Under the pieces are notes generated by a model, which was given only the letters and a program-made list of their open reading frames with translations, was not told the DNA's origin and made no database searches. The position numbers and the translations under genes were made by a program. A stretch of 64,000 nt of DNA from Alphaproteobacteria bacterium (lineage in GTDB: Bacteria; Pseudomonadota; Alphaproteobacteria; SP197). The DNA is taken from NCBI GenBank assembly GCA_964291265.2, contig OZ219747.1, forward strand, positions 4,128,001 to 4,192,000, in the 5' to 3' direction. Positions 49,614 through 59,684 of the stretch are shown piece by piece. Position 1 is the stretch's first letter. Each line of letters starts with the position of its first letter.

Positions 49614-50088
49614 GGTGGCCTCCCAGGAGCTCGATCGGCGTCCGGATAGCCGGAGGATCATACCCTGCCCGGATGCACGCGTCACCAATTCGAGCACGCT
49701 TCCCGGCGTTGGCGATATGGCGGAAGTTCCAGGTCACCAGCACATCGACACCGTTCGTGGCGGCGATCGCGATATGGGCGGCATCCGCGCCGGCCTCGCG
49801 CGGCACCGCGCCGCGCTCGAAGAGCGCCGTCACAAGGCGTTCGAAATCCGGGTGCCCGGCGAGAAGTTCAACGCTCTTGAGCGCATCGAGGCGGGCGTGC
49901 GCGGCGACAGGGTCGTCGGCCGCCGCTTCCGCCACAACAAGTTGTGACGCGACAAGCCTCAGCCGTGCGCCGGCATCCCGCCACCATTCACGCGTGACCT
50001 CCTGGCGTTCGACGATGACAGGGTCCCGCGACGGCCGCGCCGTCAGATAGCTGATGACGGATGTCTCGATGTACGCCGTGCGCTTCAT
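49594..50088 (-). CDS. PIN-domain (VapC-like) toxin
   Basis: YIETSVISYL, DAAHIAIA and LVTWNFRHIAN motifs. Confidence 0.88.
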   Translation of the reverse strand: MKRTAYIETSVISYLTARPSRDPVIVERQEVTREWWRDAGARLRLVASQLVVAEAAADDPVAAHARLDALKSVELLAGHPDFERLVTALFERGAVPREAGADAAHIAIAATNGVDVLVTWNFRHIANAGKRARIGDACIRAGYDPPAIRTPIELLGGHHDETSA

Positions 50089-50326
50089 GGAGCGGATACC
50101 GCGCGCTGACTGTCGAAAACGAGACCGTCCTTCATGCCGCCACCATAGCAGGGGAACATTGCAAGAACAACCAGCAAGTCAACGCAGGTCACCAGTATTG
50201 TCAGCGTCATGGCGCCGCCGCGCCCGATCGCACCGTGGTTTCATCCTGTGCAATCTGCGCCCGCCAACCGCGCCACATGGACCCCGGACGTGCTAGACTG
50301 GCTGTCAGCAACCGCTTGACCTCCCC

Positions 50327-50794
50327 ATGGCCGCCGACCGACCCGTCCACAGCGCTCCCTGTCATCTCCGCCGGATCGCGGCCGACGACAACGTCTGGCG
50401 CTACTACACGCTCACCCTGGAGGCGGATCTCTTCGGCGGCGTCACTCTCGTACGGGAGTGGGGCCGGATCGGCCAGGACGGCGCCGTGAAGCGCCAGCAT
50501 TTCAAGGACGCCGCGGCGGCGATGCGGGAACTCGACCGCGTCGCCAGGAGCAAGGTCCGCCGCGGCTATCGGCCCCTCGACATGCGGGGTCTCGCCGCCG
50601 CCCCGGAAACCCGGCCGGCCTCGCCGCCGCCAGCCGGCCCGCGCCGCCCCATGCGTCTGCGCAACGCGCGAACGCCGCCCGCCGGCGGCCACAACCGCGG
50701 CCTGACGGTCACCGCCGCCACCCGCCATGCCATGCGCGCATTGCAGGCCTCCACCGATCGCCACCCACCGCCAGCCGAAGCATGCCGCGGCTGA
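50327..50794 (+). CDS. WGR-domain protein
   Basis: NVWRYYTL..DLFG..REWGRIG..KVRRGY. Confidence 0.8.
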   Translation: MAADRPVHSAPCHLRRIAADDNVWRYYTLTLEADLFGGVTLVREWGRIGQDGAVKRQHFKDAAAAMRELDRVARSKVRRGYRPLDMRGLAAAPETRPASPPPAGPRRPMRLRNARTPPAGGHNRGLTVTAATRHAMRALQASTDRHPPPAEACRG

Positions 50795-51139
50795 TCCCGG
50801 TCAGCACCCTCGCCCTCCACGCCGCGCGGCGGGACGCCCCGCAGACCGTGCGGCCCTCCGACGCCCGCGCAGCGCGACACGGCATCCGCTGGCACGAAGG
50901 TCTCACGGCCAGCCGCCGGCGGCGTGCGGGCGCCCGATGGGGCTGGGTCGTCACGATCTTCTACGTTATGTCTTCGCTGCCGTTCCCCCGAAAGTCCGCT
51001 CCTGCCTGCACGTCGGTTGCAGCGCAACCGGCGGCTGGGCGCCGGGAAACGCAGGCACGGCGGCGAAAGGTCTCGCCGGCCGCATGGTGCAAGCCCGCTG
51101 CGCCGCCGTGGCGGCCGCGCAGGACGGCCTCGAAAGCCC

Positions 51140-54100
51140 TCACTCGGCGGGTGCCGGCACGTCGGCGGCGGGGGCGCCTCGGCCCAGGAAGAGACGCCCG
51201 AAATCGGCCTGAATGGCGATCAGGGACGGCACGACGAACAGGACCAGAAGGGTTGCGACCATCAGCCCGAAGACCAGGGTAATCGCCATCGGGATCAGGA
51301 ACTGTGCCTGGAGGTCGGTCTCGAACAGGAGGGGCGTCAGGCCGCCGACGGTCGTCGCCGTGGTCAGGATGATGGCGCGCAGCCTGTCGCGCGAACCGTT
51401 CGCGATGGCCTCGTAGGCCGGTTCGCCGGCCTCCATTCGCTCCTTCACCACCATGACCAGGATGATGGAATTGTTGACCACGATGCCCGAGAGGCCGATC
51501 AACCCGATCATGCTGAGGCTGCTCAAGTCGAAGCCCATCAGGTAATGACCCAGCACCGCGCCGATGAAACCCATCGGGATGACAGACATGACGATCAGCG
51601 GCCGCAGATAGCCGGCAAACACCCAGGCCAGGATGATGAAGACCAGGGCAAGGCCGATGCCGGCACCGATCCGTGTGTCCTTGAAGATGCGCCTCTGTTC
51701 CTTGTCGCGCCCCTCAAAGCGGTATTCGACGCCGTATTTCCGGGCGATGTCGTCCAGTCCGGACTCCTTCATTTCGGCGACCGCCTGCTGGGTCGTCATG
51801 ACGCGGGTATTGAGATCCGCCGTCACCGCGACCTCGCGCAGCCCGTCCTCGCTCTTGATCCGGGCGAAGCCCTGTCTTTCCCGAATGCTGACGACAGCGC
51901 CCAGCGGCACGAAACTGCCGTTGGGCGCGCGAAGATGCAGGCTGTGCAGCGCCTCGGAAGTCAGCCGGTCTTTCGGGAACCGCACCCGGACGACGACCTC
52001 CTCGTCGCCGCGGGCAAACCGTTTGGCGATTGCCCCCTCGAAGGTGTTGCGGACCTGCCGGCCGACGCTTTCCGTCGTGAAGCCGAGCGCCCGGCCGCGC
52101 GGGGACAGCTCAAGGATCGTTTCGACCTTGCCGTAGGGCAGATTGTCCTCCGTCGTCAGGACGCCCGGAATCGTCTTGAGAACGAGCTTCAGCTCCTCGG
52201 CCGCCTTCTTCAGCTCGAAGGACGACGCGCCGGTCAGGCGGACGTCGACATCCCGGCCCGGCGGCCCACCGGTCGCCGACTCGATCTTCAGCTGCTGCAG
52301 CCCGGGCATGTTGCGGATCCGTTCTTTCCAGGCCGCGATGAACCGGTCCGCCTGGATCGTACGCTGGTCGGCCGGGACAAGCTGCACGAACATGCTGCCG
52401 ACATGGTCGCCCTCGATAGGCGATTCGGCAGCCGACCGAGTGCCGATGGGAAAGCCGATCACGCGGTAGCTGAAAAGGACCAGGCCGTTCTTGCCGCCGG
52501 TCAGGTCGCGTTCCGTGGCACGCATGGCCTGTTCCATCTCTTCGACCATGGTGCGGGTGTGCTCCCGCGGCGTTCCGGCGGAAAACTCCGCAGTGGCAAA
52601 GATATTGTCCAGCTCCGGATTGGCGAAGAAAACGAAGTTGATGCGCCCGCCTGCGACGATGGATGCCGCGCCGATCAGGGCGGCGAGCGCAAGTGCGACA
52701 GTCGTGTAGCGCCAGCGTATCGCGAGGCAGACGAACGGGAAGAACATCCGCTCGCGGAAAAATTCGAACGCGTGATCGAACCCGCGCTTGAACGTCATCA
52801 GGACCCGGATGAGCAGGCGGAGAGCGAGAACCGGGGGAATCAAGGGCCAGAGCCAGACGAGAGGGATGCCGAACAGCGGTGCGAACCAGCGCCTCGGGAG
52901 GCCGCGCCGGCGGTCTGTGATCGCCAGCGCATGGCGCATGTGTCCAGGCAACACCAGGAAGCACTCGACCAGGCTGGCGACGATCACGGCGATCACCACG
53001 AGCGGAATGGTCCGGATGATCGAGCCGATGACATCGGTTATCAGCAGCAGCGGCAGAAATGCCGCGATCGTTGTCAGCGCCGCGCAGAATACCGGCATCG
53101 CCATGCGCCGGGCGCCGGCTTCGGCCGCCAGCGCATGGTCATGACCCTGCCGGTGCAGCGCCTCGGAATGCTCGCCGACGACGATGGCGTCGTCGACGAT
53201 GATGCCGATCGCCATGATGATGCTGAACAGGCTGACCATGTTCACGGACTGGCCGGACACCCACATCACCAGCATCGTCGCGGCCAGCGAGATCGGGATG
53301 CCGGCAGCCACCCAGAACGCCACCCAGCCGTTCAGGAACAGGAACAGGACGACAAGGACAATCAGCAGTCCGGTCGCGCCGTTCTCGAGCAGCAGGTTGA
53401 TGCGGCTGCGCACCAGGTCCGCCTGAACGTCGAACCGCTCCAGTTTCAGATTCGGCGGCAGGGTCGGACCGATTTCCGCAAGATACTTCTCGACCTCGTC
53501 CGCCAGGATCAGGGCATCGTCCGCAGGCGCGCGTTTGGCGTGCAGTTCGATGGCGCGGTTGCCGCCCCGCCAGTAGGTTCGTCCGTCGCTGTCGAAGGTC
53601 TCGCGCACCGTCGCGATATCGCGCAGCAGGATCTTCTCGCCGCTGGCGAGCGACTTGATCTCGATCCTGCCGAGTTCCCGGGCCGACTTGACGTCACCGA
53701 CGCTGCGCAGCTGGCGTTCCGCCCGGCCCGCGACATCGCCGGACGGAACGTCCTGCGTGATCTTGTGGATTTTCTGCGCCACCTCATTCAGGGTAAGGTT
53801 CATGCGGCGCAGCGTTTCCGGCTTGATTTCAACCAGAATCTCCTCGTCGCGCCCACCGCCGATGTCGATCTTGTCGATCCCCCGCCGGAGAAGTCCGTCG
53901 CGAACCTGCTTGGCGTATGCCTTGAGGGCCGATTCCGAGTACGGCCCGGACACCAGGATACGCGACAACGTATCGTATCGGACGATCCGCCGGACCGTCG
54001 GAGTCTCGGCATCCTGAGGGAGGGTGGTCACCTGGCCGATCGCGGTTTCGACATTCGCGAGCGCGCTCTGCATGTCCGAACCTGCCTCGAACTCCACCGT

Positions 54101-54460
54101 GATCAGCGCCCGCCCTTCGAACGCCGAGGATTTCACCGCCTTCACACTGTCGATGAAGCGGACTTCCCGCTCGACGGCCTGGACGATGCTGGCGTCGACA
54201 TCGCCGGCGCTGGCACCGGGCCAAGCGACGGTCACCAGCACCATATCGATGCCGAAATCGGGAAAGAACTGGGTGGTCATCCGGTTCAGGCCGAACGCTC
54301 CGGCAACGAACATGAGCACCATGAGCAGGTTCGCCGCCGTCCGGTGATGCGCGAACAGGCCGATCAGATCGCGCTTGCTGTGCACCTGGTGCGGCCCGAA
54401 GCCGACAGCGGAGCGCCAGGGGAGGGCAGGCATGGCCGGGCGGTCTTGCGGCGCTGTCAC
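51140..54460 (-). CDS. RND efflux permease (AcrB/D/F family)
   Basis: AANLLM, GIIVDDAIVVGE, GIVVNNSI and RLRAIILT motifs. Confidence 0.95.
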   Translation of the reverse strand: MTAPQDRPAMPALPWRSAVGFGPHQVHSKRDLIGLFAHHRTAANLLMVLMFVAGAFGLNRMTTQFFPDFGIDMVLVTVAWPGASAGDVDASIVQAVEREVRFIDSVKAVKSSAFEGRALITVEFEAGSDMQSALANVETAIGQVTTLPQDAETPTVRRIVRYDTLSRILVSGPYSESALKAYAKQVRDGLLRRGIDKIDIGGGRDEEILVEIKPETLRRMNLTLNEVAQKIHKITQDVPSGDVAGRAERQLRSVGDVKSARELGRIEIKSLASGEKILLRDIATVRETFDSDGRTYWRGGNRAIELHAKRAPADDALILADEVEKYLAEIGPTLPPNLKLERFDVQADLVRSRINLLLENGATGLLIVLVVLFLFLNGWVAFWVAAGIPISLAATMLVMWVSGQSVNMVSLFSIIMAIGIIVDDAIVVGEHSEALHRQGHDHALAAEAGARRMAMPVFCAALTTIAAFLPLLLITDVIGSIIRTIPLVVIAVIVASLVECFLVLPGHMRHALAITDRRRGLPRRWFAPLFGIPLVWLWPLIPPVLALRLLIRVLMTFKRGFDHAFEFFRERMFFPFVCLAIRWRYTTVALALAALIGAASIVAGGRINFVFFANPELDNIFATAEFSAGTPREHTRTMVEEMEQAMRATERDLTGGKNGLVLFSYRVIGFPIGTRSAAESPIEGDHVGSMFVQLVPADQRTIQADRFIAAWKERIRNMPGLQQLKIESATGGPPGRDVDVRLTGASSFELKKAAEELKLVLKTIPGVLTTEDNLPYGKVETILELSPRGRALGFTTESVGRQVRNTFEGAIAKRFARGDEEVVVRVRFPKDRLTSEALHSLHLRAPNGSFVPLGAVVSIRERQGFARIKSEDGLREVAVTADLNTRVMTTQQAVAEMKESGLDDIARKYGVEYRFEGRDKEQRRIFKDTRIGAGIGLALVFIILAWVFAGYLRPLIVMSVIPMGFIGAVLGHYLMGFDLSSLSMIGLIGLSGIVVNNSIILVMVVKERMEAGEPAYEAIANGSRDRLRAIILTTATTVGGLTPLLFETDLQAQFLIPMAITLVFGLMVATLLVLFVVPSLIAIQADFGRLFLGRGAPAADVPAPAE

Positions 54461-54470
54461 GGCAGCTGCG

Positions 54471-55858
54471 CTAGCGGCGGTTCTGGACGGACCCGGTCGG
54501 AACGTCGACCTTCAGGCCCTGGCCGATTTCGGGAAAGATGCGCGCCACGATCCGCTCGCCGTCCGCAACGTGCCCGTGCACCAGGATATCGTTGCCGACG
54601 CGGCCCGCTACCGTCACGTCGCGGCGGGCCAGGCGCTGGTCGCCGTCCACGACATAGACGAAGCGATCCTCGTGCAGTGCGTCGTCCGGCAGCCGGTAGA
54701 CATCCCGGTAGGTCTTGTCCGCCATTTCGATTTCGACGAACAGGCCCGGCCGCAGCAGGGTCGACGTGTCGGTGGCCCGAAGCCGGGCGAACAGGTTCAC
54801 GCCACCGCTCGCACTCGACACCAGGTCGGAGACCCGAGCGATGGCCGCCGGAAAGACGAAGCTCCGCCCACCGGTCCGCCAGACGACGGAGACCGGCCGG
54901 CCGACCACACGGCCTTCGCGGACGAGACGTCCGTACTGAGCGTCGCTGACCTGGAATTCCGCCTCGAAACTGCCGGCGTCGGTCAGACGGGCGATCTTGT
55001 CGTTGCCGCCGACCTTCTTGCCGATCCCGGTGGAAATGTCGCCCAGGAAGCCATCGAACGGCGCCACCAGGCGTGTGTCGCGCAAGTTCCTCTCAGCGCG
55101 GGTGAGCGCCCATTCCGCCCGCGCAATCACCGCCTGCTGCTGGGCGAGGCGTGCTTCCAGGATCGCGGCCCGACGGATCCGCTCGTCCAGCTTCTGCTGC
55201 TGACCGCTCAATGCCAGCTTGGCGTCGTCGAGAAGTTTCTCGGTGCCGGCGCCACGGTCGAGCAGCGACTGGTGCCGGGCAAGGTCGCGCTGGCGCAGCA
55301 CGGCCTGGGCCCGCTCCTGTTCGATCAGGGCCTCCTCGCCCTTCAAGTCGGCCTCGATCTCGGTCAGGCGGGCCCGGGCCTCGTCGAGCCGGGCCTTGCC
55401 TTCTGTCACCGCGATCCGGTAGTCGAACGGATCGATCTCGACCAACAGGTCGCCCTTGCGCACGATGCCGCCGTCGGCAAATGTCCCGGCGACGCGAACG
55501 ACCTGGCCGGAGACCAGGGGCCGCAGATCGACCTGTCGCCGGGCGACGATGGTGCCGTAGAGCACCAGTTGCGGCGTGACCGCGCTTTTCCGCGCCGTCA
55601 CGGTATCGACGAAGAAGACCTTCTCCGCCACCGGCGTGCGAACGACGGCCGGCTTCGTCGCCAACATGTACTGAAAGATCATGATGGCGCCGCCGAGCAC
55701 GGCCAGCGGGACGGCCGCCTTGAACAGCAGAAGCACGATGCGTCCGAACGCACGGAACAGGCCGCCCCCGCGGGCCAGGCGCACCCGAGGCACGGCTGTC
55801 TCCTCGTCCGGAGGCGAAAGCGCCGAAGGACCGTCACGATGCGCTTCGACAACCATTG
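54471..55858 (-). CDS. RND membrane fusion protein
   Basis: N-terminal TM, VSGQV..KGDLLVEID, coiled coil and APFDG motif; start codon uncertain. Confidence 0.88.
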
Positions 55859-56839
55859 TAGTGCTGGCTTTCCCGAAGTTGCGGCCGGTCGGCGTGACGG
55901 CCGTGCATGCGACACAATAGGCGAAACGGGCCGCAGATGCCAATCCGTCGCAGTTCCATGGGCACGTCGGGCCGGTTGCGGCAAAATCAGACGCAGGGAC
56001 CGGGATTTCAGCTCAGCGATGTTTCATGATGCATACGGCCCACCTTGTTCGGCGCAGTGTGATGGCGTAGTGGAGAATGTTGCGTTACACTTTGTTATTA
56101 TGTTGTTTTTCCACGCGCCAATGCATGAGGTGGTCCCGGTTCGTCTGACAGCCTGGCGGGCGGCTGCCGAGCGCCGAGTGGACCTCCCGGCATTGTAGAA
56201 GCCGGTCCCTTCGCCGATCATGCTCGGGTGGCGAATGCGTCAGCGGTCTCGTTAAGGTGGACCGCAACACTCCAAACACTCAGCAACGAGGACAGCGCCA
56301 GGAATGCTGCCGCTACTGGCCGGCTGATCGACAATTTTGCAAGAAGCTCAACTCGATTGCCGTTGACATGCTGGGGGCGCGTAGCCTAACCTCGGGCCGT
56401 ATCAAGCTCGCATCGCTCGGTCGGGTTGGGGTGAGCGGTTGCGGTTTCTTGAATTGGATCGACGATGTCCCACGTTTCGCTTCCGAACTGCGTGAGCGTG
56501 ACGGATGGCTACCGTGTCTGCAGTGCTGCAGGGCCGCGGCGGTGAGCGTTCGATGCGCGGCGACGCGGCCTTTTGCTTCCGCACTGAGTGGGTAGAACGT
56601 CTTGACGATCGGCGGCGACATACCCGGATGGCGCAGTTCCGAGTTGGTCGAACAGCTCGAAACCGCCGACATCGGCAGCAGCAGGACGGCTGGGGAGGTC
56701 AGGTCGCGCGCTGGCAACCGCCAGCCATTACGCCGCCCATGTCATCTGGACGGCCAAGCAAGCCGTTGTTGTCGAAGCGGCGCTATCTCATTCTTTTTGC
56801 CAATGTCTCCGCGGTTGCGCAGGTCACCGGGATCGTTTG

Positions 56840-56989
56840 CAGGATCGATTCAAGCACGCGGAAGCAAAGGTGCGCAGAGACGATCCCGTGAACTTCACCG
56901 GGATCGATGCTCCTTGCCAACTGCGGGTCGATACGACGACGATGACGATGGACCTCGCCGCGGACGCAGTCGTTCGGTTGCTGGATTGA
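56840..56989 (+). pseudogene. cysC: C-terminal relic of adenylyl-sulfate kinase (CysC)
   Basis: AKVRRDDPVNFTGIDAP..LRVDTTTMTMDLAADAVVRLLD* resembles the CysC tail KARRGE.KNFTGIDSPYE..L.DT. Confidence 0.6.
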
Positions 56990-57083
56990 TGTCTGGATAC
57001 CCCCTGCGTTGCACTGGACGCACTCCCTTGTCCGCCGGTTGTCATGGCGGGCGAAGGGCCGCAAGACGACCGGCAGGCATTCG

Positions 57084-58130
57084 ATGACCACCCGGAGATT
57101 GCCCTATCCACCGGTTATCGTTCTCAGTTCCGGCCGTTGCGGGTCGACGATGTTGTCCAACATGCTGAACCTGCATCCGGACATTCTCAGCATCTCCGAG
57201 TTCTTCACCCTTCACAGTACCGCCCTATTCAGTCGTTGGCGGATGAGCGGAAACGGAATGTGGCATGTCCTTACCCATCAGCCGCAACTGGTTCGTTATC
57301 TGCTGCGAGAGGACTACGATGAACTGCTCTACCCATTCGACGATCCCGATTCGCGTTTTGGACGAAGGACTGTCCCTCCGGTTCTCTGCGTGACGCTTCC
57401 TCATTTGACACGTGAGTACGAAGCGCTTTTCGATGAACTGGAATCGGTTGTACGAAGCTTCCCGTGGCAATCCCCTGCAGACCATTGCCGCAGTCTTTTC
57501 GATTGGTTGTGTCAGAGATTCGACCGAAAGGTCTGGGTGGAACGCTCTGGCGGGTCTTCCATGTACGCATCGAGACTCATGTACAGGTTCCCGGAAGCCA
57601 AGGTGATCAACATGCATCGGGACGGACGGGATGTAGCGCTTTCCATGTTTCGGCATCATCCATTCAGAGGAATTGCGCCCTACGTCATCGCGCTCCAGAA
57701 GCGAAGATACGATCCCTTCAGAGTTGAAGCGAAACATGGCGAATTCTGGGATTCCGTGGCGCTGCGCCTGCAACCGTTGAAGTACTTGTCGCGATTCCCG
57801 ATCCCCATGTCCGCCGACCGGTTGGAGGTCGCGCACTTCGGTGCCATATGGAGCTCGATGGTAGGAGCAGCTCAGGACTTCGTCCAGAACTTGCCGTCAG
57901 AGCAGGTCCTGGATGTGCGGTTCGAAGATTTGCAGCAACATGCGGAGCGCGAACTGCATCGTATAATCCGGTTTGTTTCCTGCGACCTGGAAAACGAGGA
58001 TTGGGTGCGGGAAGCAGCCGGAGTACCGAAGCCGTCCCGGTCCAAGTTTGCCCGGCTCGATCCAGAGGAGCGGGCCGCCTTGACTGAGGCCTGCCGGCCG
58101 GGCCTGGAGCGGCTCGGCTACGCCGTGTAG
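57084..58130 (+). CDS. PAPS-dependent sulfotransferase
   Basis: 5'-PSB GRCGSTML, 3'-PB HRDGRDVALS and VRFEDL motifs; visibly more AT-rich than its neighbours. Confidence 0.88.
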   Translation: MTTRRLPYPPVIVLSSGRCGSTMLSNMLNLHPDILSISEFFTLHSTALFSRWRMSGNGMWHVLTHQPQLVRYLLREDYDELLYPFDDPDSRFGRRTVPPVLCVTLPHLTREYEALFDELESVVRSFPWQSPADHCRSLFDWLCQRFDRKVWVERSGGSSMYASRLMYRFPEAKVINMHRDGRDVALSMFRHHPFRGIAPYVIALQKRRYDPFRVEAKHGEFWDSVALRLQPLKYLSRFPIPMSADRLEVAHFGAIWSSMVGAAQDFVQNLPSEQVLDVRFEDLQQHAERELHRIIRFVSCDLENEDWVREAAGVPKPSRSKFARLDPEERAALTEACRPGLERLGYAV

Positions 58131-58169
58131 AGCGCGGCGAAGTAGCGGCGGGACCGGAGCGCGGAACGA

Positions 58170-59684
58170 GTGTCCGATGTCGACGGACCGACGACGCCAG
58201 AAGACCGGTGCCCATGCGGAAAGAGGGCCCCGGGAGTTCGCAACCGGGGCCGCCCGATGAGCGACCGCACGGCGCCGCCGTGTCCGACCGACGCTTCCGC
58301 GGCGCGGAGTACGGCAGAGGGCGTCTATACGACCGGCCCGGTCGGGCGCCACCTGCTGCGCATGGCCGCACCCGCTTCGACGGCTCTGCTGTTCATCTTC
58401 CTGGCCGACCTTGTGACCCTCTTCTATATCTCGCTGTTGCGCGACGAGCGGTTGATCGCTGCTGTCGGACTCGCGAGATTCATCGAGTATCTTGTCATTT
58501 CCATCGGGCTCGCCTTCGCGTCTGCGGCGACCGTGCAGGTCAGCCAGTCGCTCGGCGCAGGCGACAAGGCGCTGGCCGCGCGGCAAGCAACCTCATGCCT
58601 GGTCGTCACCCTCGCGGTTCTGTGCGCCGCCGTCGGGTTGGTGCAGATCTTTCGCGGCGGAGCTCTCGCCTCCTTCGTGGAGCCCGGCGCGGTCTTCGAC
58701 GCCGCGGACCTCTATCTGAAGATCGCTCTGTATTCCGTCCCCCTGGCGGCGGTGAGCCTGGCAACGGGCGCGATACTGCGCGGCGCCGGCGACGTGCGCC
58801 GATCCGTCGCAGTGACCGTTTCGGGCAGCCTGGCAGCCCTGGCGGTCAGCCCAGCGCTGATTTTCTGGGCCGGCCTGGGCCTGGAGGGAGCCGCCTGGGC
58901 GTTGCTTGCCGACCGCGCGATCAGTGCGGCGCTCGGCATCGGGTTCGTCATCCGCAAATACCGTCTTCTGAAGCTTCCCGTCATTTTCGAGACGGTTCGC
59001 GACGCCGGGGCCGTTCTGGCGATCGCGGGGCCGGCCGTGCTGTCGGAACTTGCGACGCCCGCAATCTGGTTGCTGGCAACCTGGTGGGTCGCGGCGTTTG
59101 GGGACAGCGCCCTCGCCGCGTGGGCGTTGCTCGCACGTCTCACCTTGATCGCGGGGTGCGGGATCATGGGACTGACCATCGCGCTCAACCCGGTTCTGGG
59201 GCAGAACTACGGCGCTGGCGACACCGCCCGGACCGCCGCCAGTCTTCGCAGCGCGGCGGTTTTCTCGGTCTGCTACGTCATGGCCGTCTGGGCGCTGTTC
59301 GCGTCGATGTCCGGCCAGATCTCCCGAATGTTCGATCTGACGACGGAAGCGTCGGACATCGTGCATGTCTATGCCCTGTACGGTTTCGCCGCCATGATCC
59401 CGGCAAGCATGGCGGCACTCTGCAGGCCGGTATTCTACCATTTCGGACGCTCCTTCTGGACGACGGCCCTGGATTGGATGGCGAACGTCCTGACTCTGCT
59501 GGCGCTGGTCCTGCTTGTGGGAATGCCTGACGGGGAGCCGGTCGCGTTCGCGCTTGGCGCGGCTGCGGCGGTGTGCGCCGTGCCGATCGGCAGAGCTCTC
59601 GCCGGTTCTCTCTCGTTTGGCCTTGCCTGGCGCCTTGTTGCACGAATGCGGGTGGCGGAACCATCGCCGAAGGATGTCGCATGA
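58170..59684 (+). CDS. MATE-family transporter
   Basis: About 12 TMs; SQSLGAG, ILRGAGD, GLEGAAWA and GQNYGAG motifs; start may be 58257. Confidence 0.88.
   Translation: MSDVDGPTTPEDRCPCGKRAPGVRNRGRPMSDRTAPPCPTDASAARSTAEGVYTTGPVGRHLLRMAAPASTALLFIFLADLVTLFYISLLRDERLIAAVGLARFIEYLVISIGLAFASAATVQVSQSLGAGDKALAARQATSCLVVTLAVLCAAVGLVQIFRGGALASFVEPGAVFDAADLYLKIALYSVPLAAVSLATGAILRGAGDVRRSVAVTVSGSLAALAVSPALIFWAGLGLEGAAWALLADRAISAALGIGFVIRKYRLLKLPVIFETVRDAGAVLAIAGPAVLSELATPAIWLLATWWVAAFGDSALAAWALLARLTLIAGCGIMGLTIALNPVLGQNYGAGDTARTAASLRSAAVFSVCYVMAVWALFASMSGQISRMFDLTTEASDIVHVYALYGFAAMIPASMAALCRPVFYHFGRSFWTTALDWMANVLTLLALVLLVGMPDGEPVAFALGAAAAVCAVPIGRALAGSLSFGLAWRLVARMRVAEPSPKDVA

Noticed and set aside
50924-54949. 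1341-aa plus-strand ORF
   Set aside because: Antisense shadow of the RND genes, expected in high-GC DNA.
56250-56840. CysN remnant upstream of the cysC relic
   Set aside because: Too degenerate to support by eye; would need tBLASTn.
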